Positions 8,441 through 17,859 of a stretch of DNA of 62,643 bases are shown one piece after another. Under the pieces are notes generated by a model, which was not told the origin of the DNA, did no database searches, and saw only the letters and a program-made list of their open reading frames with translations. A program made the translations under genes and the position numbers. Position 1 is the first letter of the stretch. Each line of letters begins with the position of its first letter. Location of the stretch: IMG/VR virus record IMGVR_UViG_3300044691_000243, positions 1 to 62,643 of that record, one strand, 5' to 3'. The stretch is from a virus (Duplodnaviria > Caudoviricetes).

Positions 8441-10770
8441 CAGCCGACGCCCCCGCTAACCGGCTTGGCACCGGCGCCCGGCTGGTTACCCATCAGGTGC
8501 GTCTGCGGTCCCATGCTTTGCGAGAGGGCACTGGGCTTGTTCCCCTGGGCCTGCGCGGCGCCGTGCGCCACCGATCCGGGAGCCTGTGGGGAGGACTGCT
8601 GCTGTTCTCCACCAAGGTCCATTCCAGGGTTACTGGTCGTGCTCTGCCCGCCGCCGGGCGTTCCGATGTGCGCTGGCGGGCCTTCAGGCATCTGCTCCTG
8701 CATGGCGAGCTTGCCAGCCGTCAGCTCGGTGACGATGCGTTTGACGCCAGCAGCGACGCCCATGTCGACCGCCTTGTTGACAGCCGCGTCGATCGCACCC
8801 TGGCCGTTTTGCTGCTGCTTCTGCTCGGCTTGCGCCATCTTCTCGATCTGGTCTTCAGGCGGCACGATCTCTTCGCCCGGCATCCCGATCGTTGTCGATA
8901 CAGAGCGCAGGACGACAGCCCGCCCCTTGATGCCCATGATCTTCATGTCGGTCGGGTTGTTCGTCGCCGTCAAGAACTCGATCTGGCGCTGGCGCAATGT
9001 CTCGCGTTGGATCGCAACATTCACGCCCTGCACCGTCAGCCGTTCTTCGCCAGTCAAAAGTCCGCTCTTGTCCGTGAGCAACAGCAGGTCCTGCAGCTGC
9101 ATCATCGACCCCTCGATCACATCGCGATCGATGTTCGCCGATACCGTCTGAAGGATTTTGCTGGCGTTGCCCATCAGCATCGCGAGACCCGACGCCGTCC
9201 GACCAGCACCACCACCAGCCTGTCCACCAACATACTTCGGGATCGCCGAAACGTCGTCCGCAATGCTGACAAACTCCTGGAAGCACTGGATCATTGTCTG
9301 CGCGTTCGACGCCGGCATGAAGAAGCTGATCGGCTGCTTCCCGCTCGACGTCATCGGATCGTTGCGCGTGTGCCATCTTTTCCATGGGTACATGTCCTCG
9401 CCGTTCTCCTCGGGCGCCAGCATGTCGTCGTTGATGACAACTTGAGGGCCAGACGAGATCGAAATGTTGTTGATCAGCGACCGCAAGGTCGCGTTCGCCG
9501 CTTCTTGAAGATCGGCCAGAAGATCGGTCAAACCGTTGCCTACAGGGGTGCCTGGGACCTTCTCGAACGACGTGATGAAATAAGGATGGCGCTGCCGGGG
9601 GCTGGGTGATAGATGGCACTTGATGACATGCGATCCGATCACCCAAATTTGAACGTGGTAGTCGCGCAGCTCGTCCTGAACCGGCATACCGTAGTCCTGC
9701 AGGAGACGCCCTTGAACGTTCCCGTTGAACTCCATCATAGAGATCATGCCAGACCTGTTCCAGGCTGGGTTCTCTCGCTGCTCCAGGACACTCCGCTCGG
9801 CGTCGGTGGTGTCCCAGTTGTCGTAGAGGCCGCCACGGCCATATTCATCAAGAACCGCCCGTATCTCAGACTGGTTGTACCCGGGCAGGTCGAGCAGGTC
9901 ATTAAGCTCAGCACGCGTGACGCGAAGCTTCTCGATGACGTTCGCGTTCTCGATATCTGAGACGCCTGGCGTGAACCAGATATCAAATGGCGATACCCGG
10001 TTCCACGTTAGTTTTGGGACTTGCTTGACTTGCGGTTGGCCTCCTCCAGGAGGCCAGATAACCGTCGGGATGACCTTGACAACAGGACCTTTGATACAAG
10101 CAAAAGGGAAAATAGGAAGATCAACAAGAAACTCAGCAAGAGCATGGTAGTAGCCTCCCTCTGTCAGCATGTCCTGAATTTTGTCCTCGCTCACGCGCGC
10201 CTGCTGCGCGGCCTTGCGCTTGGCGGCCTCTTCGGCCTGCTCCAATAAGTGACGACGCCGTTCGGCTAGGTCACTAGGGCTCGGCGGCTGGCCCAGTTGC
10301 TGCGCGACCTGCTGCGCCTCCTGCTGGAGTAGCTGGTCGATCTTCTGGAGGATGTCCGGCGGAACGTCAGGCTCTTTGGGCGGCTGCAGGGACCAGGGCA
10401 CGTCCTGGCCGAGATAGATGTCACGCAAGAGCGAACTAGCAGCGCGACATTTTTGAGCAATAAGACGGGCGTACACGGTCGAGCCGCCCCACTTCGTGAT
10501 CTCGATCAGCTTGGTGGGGTCGTACTGGCCATTGAAGGAACGCAGCGCGGCGAGCATGCGGTTGCTCCAGCCTGCTACCGTGTTGCGGTGGTTACGGAAA
10601 ATCTCGAACTGCCCCTTCACATAGCCGGCGAGTTCCGGATACTGGGGCTGTGATGTTTGCTGCGCGGCCTGAGCGGCCTGAGCTTTTTGCGCAGCGGCAG
10701 CGCTAAGCTGCGCTTCCAGTTGCGCCGGCGGAGTAAACTGTATCACGCCGTTCTGGCCTAGGTCCGACAT
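8440..10770 (-). CDS. Portal protein
   Basis: 776 aa after terminase; RVSPFDIWF, PVGNGLTDLL, GRTASGLAMLM motifs typical of podovirus-type portals. Confidence 0.85.
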   Translation of the reverse strand: MSDLGQNGVIQFTPPAQLEAQLSAAAAQKAQAAQAAQQTSQPQYPELAGYVKGQFEIFRNHRNTVAGWSNRMLAALRSFNGQYDPTKLIEITKWGGSTVYARLIAQKCRAASSLLRDIYLGQDVPWSLQPPKEPDVPPDILQKIDQLLQQEAQQVAQQLGQPPSPSDLAERRRHLLEQAEEAAKRKAAQQARVSEDKIQDMLTEGGYYHALAEFLVDLPIFPFACIKGPVVKVIPTVIWPPGGGQPQVKQVPKLTWNRVSPFDIWFTPGVSDIENANVIEKLRVTRAELNDLLDLPGYNQSEIRAVLDEYGRGGLYDNWDTTDAERSVLEQRENPAWNRSGMISMMEFNGNVQGRLLQDYGMPVQDELRDYHVQIWVIGSHVIKCHLSPSPRQRHPYFITSFEKVPGTPVGNGLTDLLADLQEAANATLRSLINNISISSGPQVVINDDMLAPEENGEDMYPWKRWHTRNDPMTSSGKQPISFFMPASNAQTMIQCFQEFVSIADDVSAIPKYVGGQAGGGAGRTASGLAMLMGNASKILQTVSANIDRDVIEGSMMQLQDLLLLTDKSGLLTGEERLTVQGVNVAIQRETLRQRQIEFLTATNNPTDMKIMGIKGRAVVLRSVSTTIGMPGEEIVPPEDQIEKMAQAEQKQQQNGQGAIDAAVNKAVDMGVAAGVKRIVTELTAGKLAMQEQMPEGPPAHIGTPGGGQSTTSNPGMDLGGEQQQSSPQAPGSVAHGAAQAQGNKPSALSQSMGPQTHLMGNQPGAGAKPVSGGVG

Positions 10771-10819
10771 GGTTGTACGATGCTCGCAAGTTGAGCATAA
10801 CGCCCTCGCATGCCAGGGG

Positions 10820-10835
10820 GTAAAAATTACTTAAC
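10820..10835. promoter_or_regulatory. CtrA-like box (one mismatch) GTAA-N7-TTAAC
   Basis: GTAAAAATTACTTAAC, 50 bp upstream of portal start in AT-rich intergenic gap. Confidence 0.45.
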
Positions 10836-10858
10836 GGTTTTAAAATGTTAACCGTGGA

Positions 10859-11158
10859 GTGCCACCAGTAGGGATGCAGATGAGGGACACCATGGAAAGC
10901 CAGCAGCAGTCGATCGCCTCGTGGATGAGCAACATAATCGGGGGCGGGGTTGTAACGGCAACGCTGTTTGGGGCCGCCCCGGCGTTTGCCGCGTTCATAG
11001 CGATCGTGTGGTATTGTATCCAGATTTACGAGAGCGCAACGGTACAACGTTGGCTGGCCACTCGTCGAACCCGGAAACTCGCGCGCCTGAAGGCCCTGGT
11101 GATAATGCTGGAGGCTCAGTCGAAGACGTCGCTACCTGGACCGGGGGGCGGTCTTTAA
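10859..11158 (+). CDS. Small membrane protein, holin-like
   Basis: One to two hydrophobic segments followed by basic tail (WLATRRTRK); fills the gap between portal and TerL; start may be 10892. Confidence 0.5.
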   Translation: MPPVGMQMRDTMESQQQSIASWMSNIIGGGVVTATLFGAAPAFAAFIAIVWYCIQIYESATVQRWLATRRTRKLARLKALVIMLEAQSKTSLPGPGGGL

Positions 11159-12615
11159 GTCCATCCAGCGGAGGAGACAGCGGCGCGCTTTTTGGTTCGT
11201 GGGCGTAATCGCCGGGATATCTCAGGGACAATGCCACCGTGCACAACAAGAGCAAGATACTGGAGATCGTCAGCCACATGGGAAAATCCTTCCTTGTCTT
11301 GTTTATCTGGGACCACTCTCAGTGCCCCTGTCTTCATCTTCGTAAAGCGGTAGCCGCCGCTCATAGCGCGGCAGAGAAACGGGCATCCGGCGCGCGAGAT
11401 CATTAGGGTAGGGCCGCTGTTGGTCTGGCGGCCCAGGAGGGCCTCCACTGCGCGGATGCGCGGCTCGATGTCGTTGGTGGGGGCCGGGAACGACGGCAGG
11501 CCCAGGCGCCCCAGCGCGTCGAAGCAGCTCTCCTCGCTGACAGACCCTTTCGCGATGCCGCTGGGGTCTCCGACGACGCACACTCTGAAGCCAAGATATT
11601 TGTTCGAGAACAGGATCGGCTTCAGGCTCTGGTTGACGTGCTTCTCCAGGCCTACGTTGGTCGCCGGCACTTCCTGGTGCACGACCAAGCGCCCGAGGTG
11701 ATCCATCTGGGCGATGAGGGACCAGGGGTTTCGTCCGAAGTCTTGGCCAATGAGAACGGGGTATCCGGGAATGAGTAGGGTATCGTCGACAATGTGAAAG
11801 TCGGATCGAAACGTATTTTTAAACACAGCCGCGCCAGATGGATCGTCACCATACTGGGCTTTGACATATCGGTTGACGAACTCACTGTCTTCTCCATGTT
11901 GCTCTACCATGCGTTCATAATAGCGACGCCCCTGAGTGAGGCGCACTGGGTGATCAACTGGTAATTTGATCGTGTCCTCTGTCTGAGGGCCCAGGAAATT
12001 TAGATTTTCGGCAAGAGGCGACAAGCCCGACGGCTGCTTGAAGATGGACACCCCAAGCGGCGGGTTCTCCATGTACTGCTGCCATGGTGACATCTCCGTC
12101 GGAAAGTTGGTATCGGCAATCCAACCGCACCATGTCGGTACACCGCGGTCTGCAGAGGGGTAGCGCCCCAAGCGCCCAGATATGGGACCGAGCACGTCCA
12201 GGTCCATCTCGATGCACTCGGACAGCCACGCGCTCGTCAGCTGTGACGATAGCAGGCGGGCCTGGTCCTCGGCGTTCTCCAGCGGAATAAAAATCCACTC
12301 TGACTTGACGTCGCCGAACTCCACGTGGAAGACACCTTCCGACACCCGCCACTGGCACCCCAGCGCGCCAAGCCACTGCTGGCAGTCGCGCAGAACCGTG
12401 TCCTTCAGCTGTTTCAGCGTCTGCCGGACGATCGCAAAGCGGGTATAGCGAAAGCCGTCCTTGCCCTTGTTCTGGGCGATCGCGCGCCGCAGTAGCTCGA
12501 TGATGCACGCAACTGTCTTTCCCGATCCGACGGGGCCCGCAATGAGCCGGCCGTAGGCATCGCTCTTCATAAATTTTGCACAGGTAGCGGGGGCCGCGTA
12601 GTCTAGCGACGGCAT
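11155..12615 (-). CDS. terL: Terminase large subunit
   Basis: Walker A GPVGSGKT, AIVRQT, nuclease motifs GQDFGRNP, GDPSG, SHVADDLQY. Confidence 0.92.
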   Translation of the reverse strand: MPSLDYAAPATCAKFMKSDAYGRLIAGPVGSGKTVACIIELLRRAIAQNKGKDGFRYTRFAIVRQTLKQLKDTVLRDCQQWLGALGCQWRVSEGVFHVEFGDVKSEWIFIPLENAEDQARLLSSQLTSAWLSECIEMDLDVLGPISGRLGRYPSADRGVPTWCGWIADTNFPTEMSPWQQYMENPPLGVSIFKQPSGLSPLAENLNFLGPQTEDTIKLPVDHPVRLTQGRRYYERMVEQHGEDSEFVNRYVKAQYGDDPSGAAVFKNTFRSDFHIVDDTLLIPGYPVLIGQDFGRNPWSLIAQMDHLGRLVVHQEVPATNVGLEKHVNQSLKPILFSNKYLGFRVCVVGDPSGIAKGSVSEESCFDALGRLGLPSFPAPTNDIEPRIRAVEALLGRQTNSGPTLMISRAGCPFLCRAMSGGYRFTKMKTGALRVVPDKQDKEGFSHVADDLQYLALVVHGGIVPEISRRLRPRTKKRAAVSSAGWT

Positions 12616-13019
12616 GAAACGTACTCCAGTGCCCGTGCTATACCTTCCGCGTCGTCACCTAGCACGCCTAAGGCGTGGTTGCATGGGGTGCAAAGTAGAC
12701 CCCGTATGGTCTTCGTACCGTGGATGTGGTCAACGTTGAGGCGCTTATATCGCTCTTGCGCTGGGGTGCGTGAGCAGAGGGCACAGTGCCCATTCTGTTC
12801 CGCGAGCCGCACAAGATATTGTTCTTCCGTGATCCCGTACCGACGTAAGAAAGTTCGCGCGCGCTGTTTCGCGAGATTGATCGCTCGTTGGTCCGGGGTC
12901 CAGCTATTGCGCCAAGCCAAAGCGCTCGCTCTGCATTTCTCCGGATTAGCCTTCTGCCAGCGCCGCACCGCGGATTTATGGCACTCGGGGTATCGCTGGT
13001 ATAGACTAAGCTGTGCCAT
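12603..13019 (-). CDS. Endonuclease VII-family (HNH-like) nuclease
   Basis: YGITEEQY..QNGHCALC..LNVDH.H..RGLLCTPCN; start MAQLSLY overlaps upstream stop. Confidence 0.85.
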   Translation of the reverse strand: MAQLSLYQRYPECHKSAVRRWQKANPEKCRASALAWRNSWTPDQRAINLAKQRARTFLRRYGITEEQYLVRLAEQNGHCALCSRTPAQERYKRLNVDHIHGTKTIRGLLCTPCNHALGVLGDDAEGIARALEYVSCRR

Positions 13020-14149
13020 CAGGCGCTCATCCTCGTGTCGGCGAAGTTCTGCCATGACACCCACGGCTTCGCTTGCGTCAGGGGATTGAGCTGTCCTTCG
13101 AGATAGACTTGCCAGTGAGCGGTGATGCCGTGCTCGGGGTGGGTAAACCAAAGAGCTTGCGACGGGCGAGAGTACGGCGCACGAAGTACGAGATGGGCGA
13201 ACTCGTCATATCCCTTGAGGGAATTGTTAACAATGAGGCCGGGAAGCGTGATGTATTGGTGCCAGTGGCCGACGAGCAGAGTATCGAAATCACGGCCAAT
13301 CTGCGCCTCCGATCGGTGCGTCTTAAGAGTGCCTCGCATGATTGGTCCAAGAGCACCGATGATGCCATCTCCGCCTTTAGTGCCCAGACTATCGCCGTGG
13401 GTAAGCATGTATCGATGGCCAAAGAGATTGAACGCGCAATCCGCCGTTTCCGGGATCGAGAACTGGACATGCTTGCTCCTCCGGAAATGCCGAGCAACGC
13501 CGCAGTAAACGTTCCACTCGTGTGACGTGAACACGCGCTGCTTCATCTGCATCTTCTTGGTGGAGCGCCCGTGGTTGCCGACGACACACGGCACGAAGAG
13601 CTTCCCGAAACTGGAAGCCATCATTTCGAGGCCGCCACTGATCAGGTCGATCAAGTCCTCGATCGCTTGCTGCGTCGTGCGATCGTTGGTCTTCATCAAC
13701 TCCTCATGAATGTCACCACCCAGCATATCGCCTCCCAGAGCGACGACGCAGCCCGGGTAGCGGATTTTTGCGCGGCCCATATGGTTGAAAGCCAGATCAA
13801 CGGTGGTCTCTGCCAGTCGTTTAATCCGGCGCTTGGCGACGGCCTTGTCGTAAGTGTTGATCCCTGGCATGCGGACGACTTCACCATAGTGCCAGTCGCT
13901 CCAGATCGTTGCCGGTACGCCGCGAGCGCCCGCTCGGCCCTCTCGGACAAGCCATTCAGGGGGGTCGGGGTCATACGCTGCGATCTTGTATATATTTTCT
14001 CGAATTGTCCGCGCATCGTCCCCCTCCTCTGTCAGCCGCGTAATCGTCTTCTTCGCGTCGAGGAGCTCGGCGTTCTTCTGGCGGATGATGGCAACCGCGT
14101 CGGCCAGCTTCTCAGCATCGGTTTTTCGTTCGGCGCCCATTGTTGTCAT
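13019..14149 (-). CDS. Calcineurin-like metallophosphoesterase
   Basis: SDWHYG, GGDML, GNHGR, THGD, GHWH motifs; N-terminal coiled coil. Confidence 0.85.
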   Translation of the reverse strand: MTTMGAERKTDAEKLADAVAIIRQKNAELLDAKKTITRLTEEGDDARTIRENIYKIAAYDPDPPEWLVREGRAGARGVPATIWSDWHYGEVVRMPGINTYDKAVAKRRIKRLAETTVDLAFNHMGRAKIRYPGCVVALGGDMLGGDIHEELMKTNDRTTQQAIEDLIDLISGGLEMMASSFGKLFVPCVVGNHGRSTKKMQMKQRVFTSHEWNVYCGVARHFRRSKHVQFSIPETADCAFNLFGHRYMLTHGDSLGTKGGDGIIGALGPIMRGTLKTHRSEAQIGRDFDTLLVGHWHQYITLPGLIVNNSLKGYDEFAHLVLRAPYSRPSQALWFTHPEHGITAHWQVYLEGQLNPLTQAKPWVSWQNFADTRMSA

Positions 14150-14331
14150 ATCTCCAGTGTCGTTCGACGCCTTTCGGCGAATGGTTTTTACGAAATATGC
14201 GCATGACCCCCGCGGGCGACCGAGCCGCCCGACTATGTCGTTCTCTCCCTAACAGAGAGTGATCGTATCGCGACTTGGTCGCTCGGCCTTGCGGGGATTG
14301 GTCGTATCGTCGGCGGGTGGCGCTCCCTTTG

Positions 14332-15057
14332 TCAGATCGCTGGTAGCGACAGGTTGCCAGACGGTTGAGCAGCTGACGCCGGCGGCGAAGTCGACTGGAC
14401 GACCAGCTTCTGATCTCCGCCAAGGTCGATGTTAATAACGAAGCGTTCTCCAGGAGTGCCCGCCCCAAGTTCGCGCTCACCAACACCGGCGACTTTCGCA
14501 AAGAGCTTAGCAGCCTCCACGACGCCGGTAAGCGGCTCGGATTTGGTCCGCATGCGAGAACCGATATCCAGCAGGCTGTCTTCGAGGATGGCTGCAGCCT
14601 CAACCTTAATCCGTTCCTGCGTGGTGAGAGGCGCGTGCCACTCGATGCAGGCTGCCTGCAAGGCAGCTTTATAAAATTCGTTGTTGGCTTCGAGGAACTC
14701 ATATTGGGGCTCTGTGAGTTTGTATTCCCGGAGGACGCCTGGGCGCTCTTTAATGTCCATCGCGATCTCGCGCGCGAGACGGGCGAGCTCAGACGGCGTC
14801 ATGGCGGGTAGCTGCACAAGGGCCTTGGCGGCCTGAACCCCTTCGGGGGAGAGGCTTGTTACCGTGGCGGTAATTGACGGCTCAGAAGGAGCAGGCGTTG
14901 CTGTGTCGCTCTGCCGCATCGGCGTATGTCCTGCGACACCCCGCTCCATCTCAGCCGTCGTTGGCTCCGGCGGCGCCCAAACCTCGCCGGCCAAGACCGC
15001 GTCAAACCCTGTGTCGACCGGCTCAGTCATAGGGGTCTCAATGTCTCGTGTATCCAA
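14332..15057 (-). CDS. Putative terminase small subunit
   Basis: Helical protein ending GERFVINIDLG, upstream of TerL. Confidence 0.6.
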   Translation of the reverse strand: MDTRDIETPMTEPVDTGFDAVLAGEVWAPPEPTTAEMERGVAGHTPMRQSDTATPAPSEPSITATVTSLSPEGVQAAKALVQLPAMTPSELARLAREIAMDIKERPGVLREYKLTEPQYEFLEANNEFYKAALQAACIEWHAPLTTQERIKVEAAAILEDSLLDIGSRMRTKSEPLTGVVEAAKLFAKVAGVGERELGAGTPGERFVINIDLGGDQKLVVQSTSPPASAAQPSGNLSLPAI

Positions 15058-15184
15058 CGAAACCCACGGCCGGGCCTGTACCCAAAGAGAAACCGCCGGC
15101 GCCCGTTGTTCCAGCCGATCCCGTAGGTGGGCCCGCTAAAGATGAACCACCCTCTCGGAAGCGCACTCTCGCTGGGTAAAATTT

Positions 15185-15550
15185 TCAATGGACTTTGTCC
15201 TGGCTGGTGGGGCACTGCATGAGGCGACCCACGATCTCGATCACGGTGTCGGACTGTTTCCGGACCAGGTTCGTGAGCCCGCTGATCGCCTCGTTGATGG
15301 TTTCCTCGGTGACCAGGTCACGATCGTAGGCCGCTTTGATGTTAAGCATCAGCACCAGCTTGGCGGTCTGGCTGTATAGCCCCAGGCAGGAGAGGGCCAT
15401 CTCGCCGAACTCCGCGCGCGTGGCGCCGCGGTCATATAGGTCCATCAACGCCGACGCCGCCCCTGCCTGTATTTCAGCGGTCGCCTTGTCGGCGGGGTTG
15501 GCCTGAAGCAGCGCGATGATCGCGTGCTCGTTGAGGAGCGGGTCACCCAT
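15185..15550 (-). CDS. Hypothetical protein
   Basis: 121 aa helical ORF overlapping upstream gene stop. Confidence 0.6.
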   Translation of the reverse strand: MGDPLLNEHAIIALLQANPADKATAEIQAGAASALMDLYDRGATRAEFGEMALSCLGLYSQTAKLVLMLNIKAAYDRDLVTEETINEAISGLTNLVRKQSDTVIEIVGRLMQCPTSQDKVH

Positions 15551-16091
15551 TGTTCGGCTCCTCGGCGATGAGCAGCTGCACTGCTAGTTCCCGCGAGGCG
15601 GGGGTGATGAGATATCCCATCCCCCACATCGTCTCAATTACAAGACCGAAGGGCTTTAGTTTCTTGCGGAGTTTGCAGATCATGACATCGACCATCTTCT
15701 GGTCGATATCCTCCTTGCCGGACTTCTGCGTGATCACGACGTGGAGCTGTTCTTTGGTGACTTGGTCCCGCCGGAGCATCAACGCGAGCATGCCGGCTTC
15801 GAGCGGCGATGTCTTGAACTTGCGGGCGCAGGCGATCTTGAGGGCTTCCTCCTGTTCGAGTGGCGTGCCGTGGAAGACGACGCGGGAGCTGCGGTTACTC
15901 CCTGGCGGCCAGTCGTCTTTCGGGAGCTCCACGATCATACCCGTCGCAACGGCGTCGCGGAGTAATTCGTAGATGTCGGAGGATGGAAGGCTGGTCGCGC
16001 GGGCGATAGCTCGTATTGGGATGCCTTCGTCGGCTAGGCGGATCGCGATGGCGATACTTGATTGGATTGGCTCGGCCGACTGGGCGTCCAT
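15543..16091 (-). CDS. CtrA-like OmpR/PhoB winged-helix regulator with N-terminal HTH instead of receiver domain
   Basis: KMVDVMICKLRKKL...IETMWGMGY resembles CtrA KIIDVFICKLRKKL...IETVWGRGY; N-term GIPIRAIARATSLPSSDIY HTH. Confidence 0.8.
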   Translation of the reverse strand: MDAQSAEPIQSSIAIAIRLADEGIPIRAIARATSLPSSDIYELLRDAVATGMIVELPKDDWPPGSNRSSRVVFHGTPLEQEEALKIACARKFKTSPLEAGMLALMLRRDQVTKEQLHVVITQKSGKEDIDQKMVDVMICKLRKKLKPFGLVIETMWGMGYLITPASRELAVQLLIAEEPNNG

Positions 16092-16170
16092 GGCGATGCA
16101 CCTTGCGTTAAGGCGGGGCCATCGCCCCTGTAAATCTTAACGGGACACTACGCAGAAGAAAAAATTCACG

Positions 16171-16341
16171 TCAACGAACTTGGCAGTGGTGCCTGGCCCA
16201 GGCGATCACCCACGACGGCACTTTGTGATCACGCGCGACTGCCTCGATCTGCACGTCGGTAAGGCCCATGGCACGGTATGTTTCGACTGTCGGACACGCC
16301 GCGGCGAGGGTCAGAACGAGGGGTATAACTGTGAGCATCAT
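16171..16341 (-). CDS. Small secreted/lipoprotein-like protein
   Basis: MMLTVIPLVLTLAAAC signal-like N-terminus. Confidence 0.45.
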   Translation of the reverse strand: MMLTVIPLVLTLAAACPTVETYRAMGLTDVQIEAVARDHKVPSWVIAWARHHCQVR

Positions 16342-16443
16342 CACAATCCTGTCACGTGATGGTGTGTATATATGGTGGGCCCGCCGACGCCACACCCCCA
16401 ACGGTGGCCGGCGAAGCTAAGTCGCCGTGCCGCGGGCAAAGGC

Positions 16444-16472
16444 GGGCCCGACGCCTTTGTAGGGTCGGGCCC
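16444..16472. other. GC-rich hairpin
   Basis: GGGCCCGAC-loop-GTCGGGCCC just downstream of - strand gene ending at 16492. Confidence 0.45.
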
Positions 16473-16491
16473 TGAACAGGTGGTTAACCAA

Positions 16492-16794
16492 TTACGAGGC
16501 AGTGGCGACGCCAGAAGCCGGGGCCGGTGCGAGCGCTGCTTCGGCCTTGGCCGAGATCGCGGTAATCGCCGGGAGCAACTCGGCAACCTGAGCCTGATCG
16601 GCTACCGTAGTGGCCGCAGCAGCCTGAGCCGCGGAGACGTCGGCGAGGATAAGCGCGTCGACATCGGCCGAGACCTTGGCGACGGCAGCGGTGAGAGCAG
16701 AGAGATCGAGAGCCATGGTGTGTAATCCTTCCAGGAGGCGGATCAGCAAGTGCCGATCGGTGGTTTCATGTGTGATCAGGTTCAGATCGAACAT
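16492..16794 (-). CDS. Ala-rich coiled-coil hypothetical protein
   Basis: 100 aa ORF with amphipathic Ala-rich helix. Confidence 0.6.
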   Translation of the reverse strand: MFDLNLITHETTDRHLLIRLLEGLHTMALDLSALTAAVAKVSADVDALILADVSAAQAAAATTVADQAQVAELLPAITAISAKAEAALAPAPASGVATAS

Positions 16795-16816
16795 ACACGA
16801 TAGTCCTATGGTGTTA

Positions 16817-16872
16817 ATAAAAGGTCCCGGCGTTTCAGCTCTTTACATCCGAGAGCTGGTATTGCCGGGACC
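16817..16872 (-). terminator. Nested stem-loop followed by U-tract on - strand
   Basis: GGTCCCGGC/GCCGGGACC outer stem, CAGCTCT/AGAGCTG inner stem, TTTTATT follows on - strand. Confidence 0.5.
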
Positions 16873-17415
16873 CTATCCCGTAGCGTGGATTAACTTTTAT
16901 CACCGTAATTTTACTGGCGTGTGAGCAAAATAGCTCAACCAAAATGGTAGTAATTTGTTAGGGTTTCACAGTCGGTGGCCCAGCATCCCCAGACGATTAG
17001 CCGATCGCCTGTCGCCACCCACCGACCTTGAAAGGAGCAGCGCCAGATGGCCCTAGCTCTTGTTATCATCGCTGTCCATATACAACACCGATGGCCCTTC
17101 GTAAAGCCTGACCCTCGATCGGAAGCCTGGATGCGGTCGCATCTCTATCCTCCGTATGATCCCCGGGTGACACCTTGACACGACGCCCAGGGGAGTGGCC
17201 CGCGGGACCGGCACCACCAGCGTATTTTGCCGTCAGCCCCTTAACGAAAAGTTACCGTCACGGTAAACCAAGGCGTACCGCGGACATACCGCGGACAGAC
17301 GCTGGCGCTCCTGGATGGTGCCGCCTGCCTCTCGGCGCGAGCGACGGAGCGCTCTCGGGGCGTAGTCCATATGTGGGCTGTCGGTTGTCCGTGCGGGGAA
17401 TTTCACCTTGGTACC

Positions 17416-17430
17416 TTAACAAAAGGTTAA
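17416..17430. promoter_or_regulatory. CtrA-type box TTAA-N7-TTAA
   Basis: TTAACAAAAGGTTAA in non-coding region at head of late arm. Confidence 0.5.
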
Positions 17431-17577
17431 TAAGGGTTTTGGGGTCCTAGGTATTTCCGAAGGGGGTCTCGCGAAAGCGAGACGGGGCCGCCCGGTCCAT
17501 GCTCCCCCGTGGAAAGGAGAGCAGGGTAGGGGCGGGGTAGTCCCCTCTGCCGCGTCGGGCAGAGGGGTAAAAAGGTA

Positions 17578-17859
17578 TCAGACTTTCAGCGAAGCGAAGC
17601 TGACAGCCTTGGAACTTGTCTTCTTCTTCGCATCAGCAAGGTCAATCGCGATGGACAGCCGGCCGAAGTTGTAAGAGAACACCAGGCGATGGGTTTGGGG
17701 TAACTCTGCGGCTTTGGTGCAGAGGGTCTCAAACTGCTCTCTGGCCTCTTTCGCCTTGGCATAAATGGCCTTGTAGGCCGCATGTGCCTTGGCAACTTCG
17801 GGTTGCAACGTAGCCGGATCGATCTCGTTCCAATCCAGCTTGGTGTCTGTCTTAGCCAT
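17578..17859 (-). CDS. Small basic hypothetical protein
   Basis: MAKTDTKLDW start after GAGGAG RBS. Confidence 0.7.
   Translation of the reverse strand: MAKTDTKLDWNEIDPATLQPEVAKAHAAYKAIYAKAKEAREQFETLCTKAAELPQTHRLVFSYNFGRLSIAIDLADAKKKTSSKAVSFASLKV

Noticed and set aside
8363-9646. Long alternative-frame ORFs over the portal (similarly 38733..39893)
   Set aside because: Expected shadow ORFs of high-GC coding DNA; no motifs or RBS support
17542-17567. Intrinsic terminator
   Set aside because: Strong hairpin but no downstream U-tract on either strand; treated as a copy of the TGCCCGACGCGGCA motif
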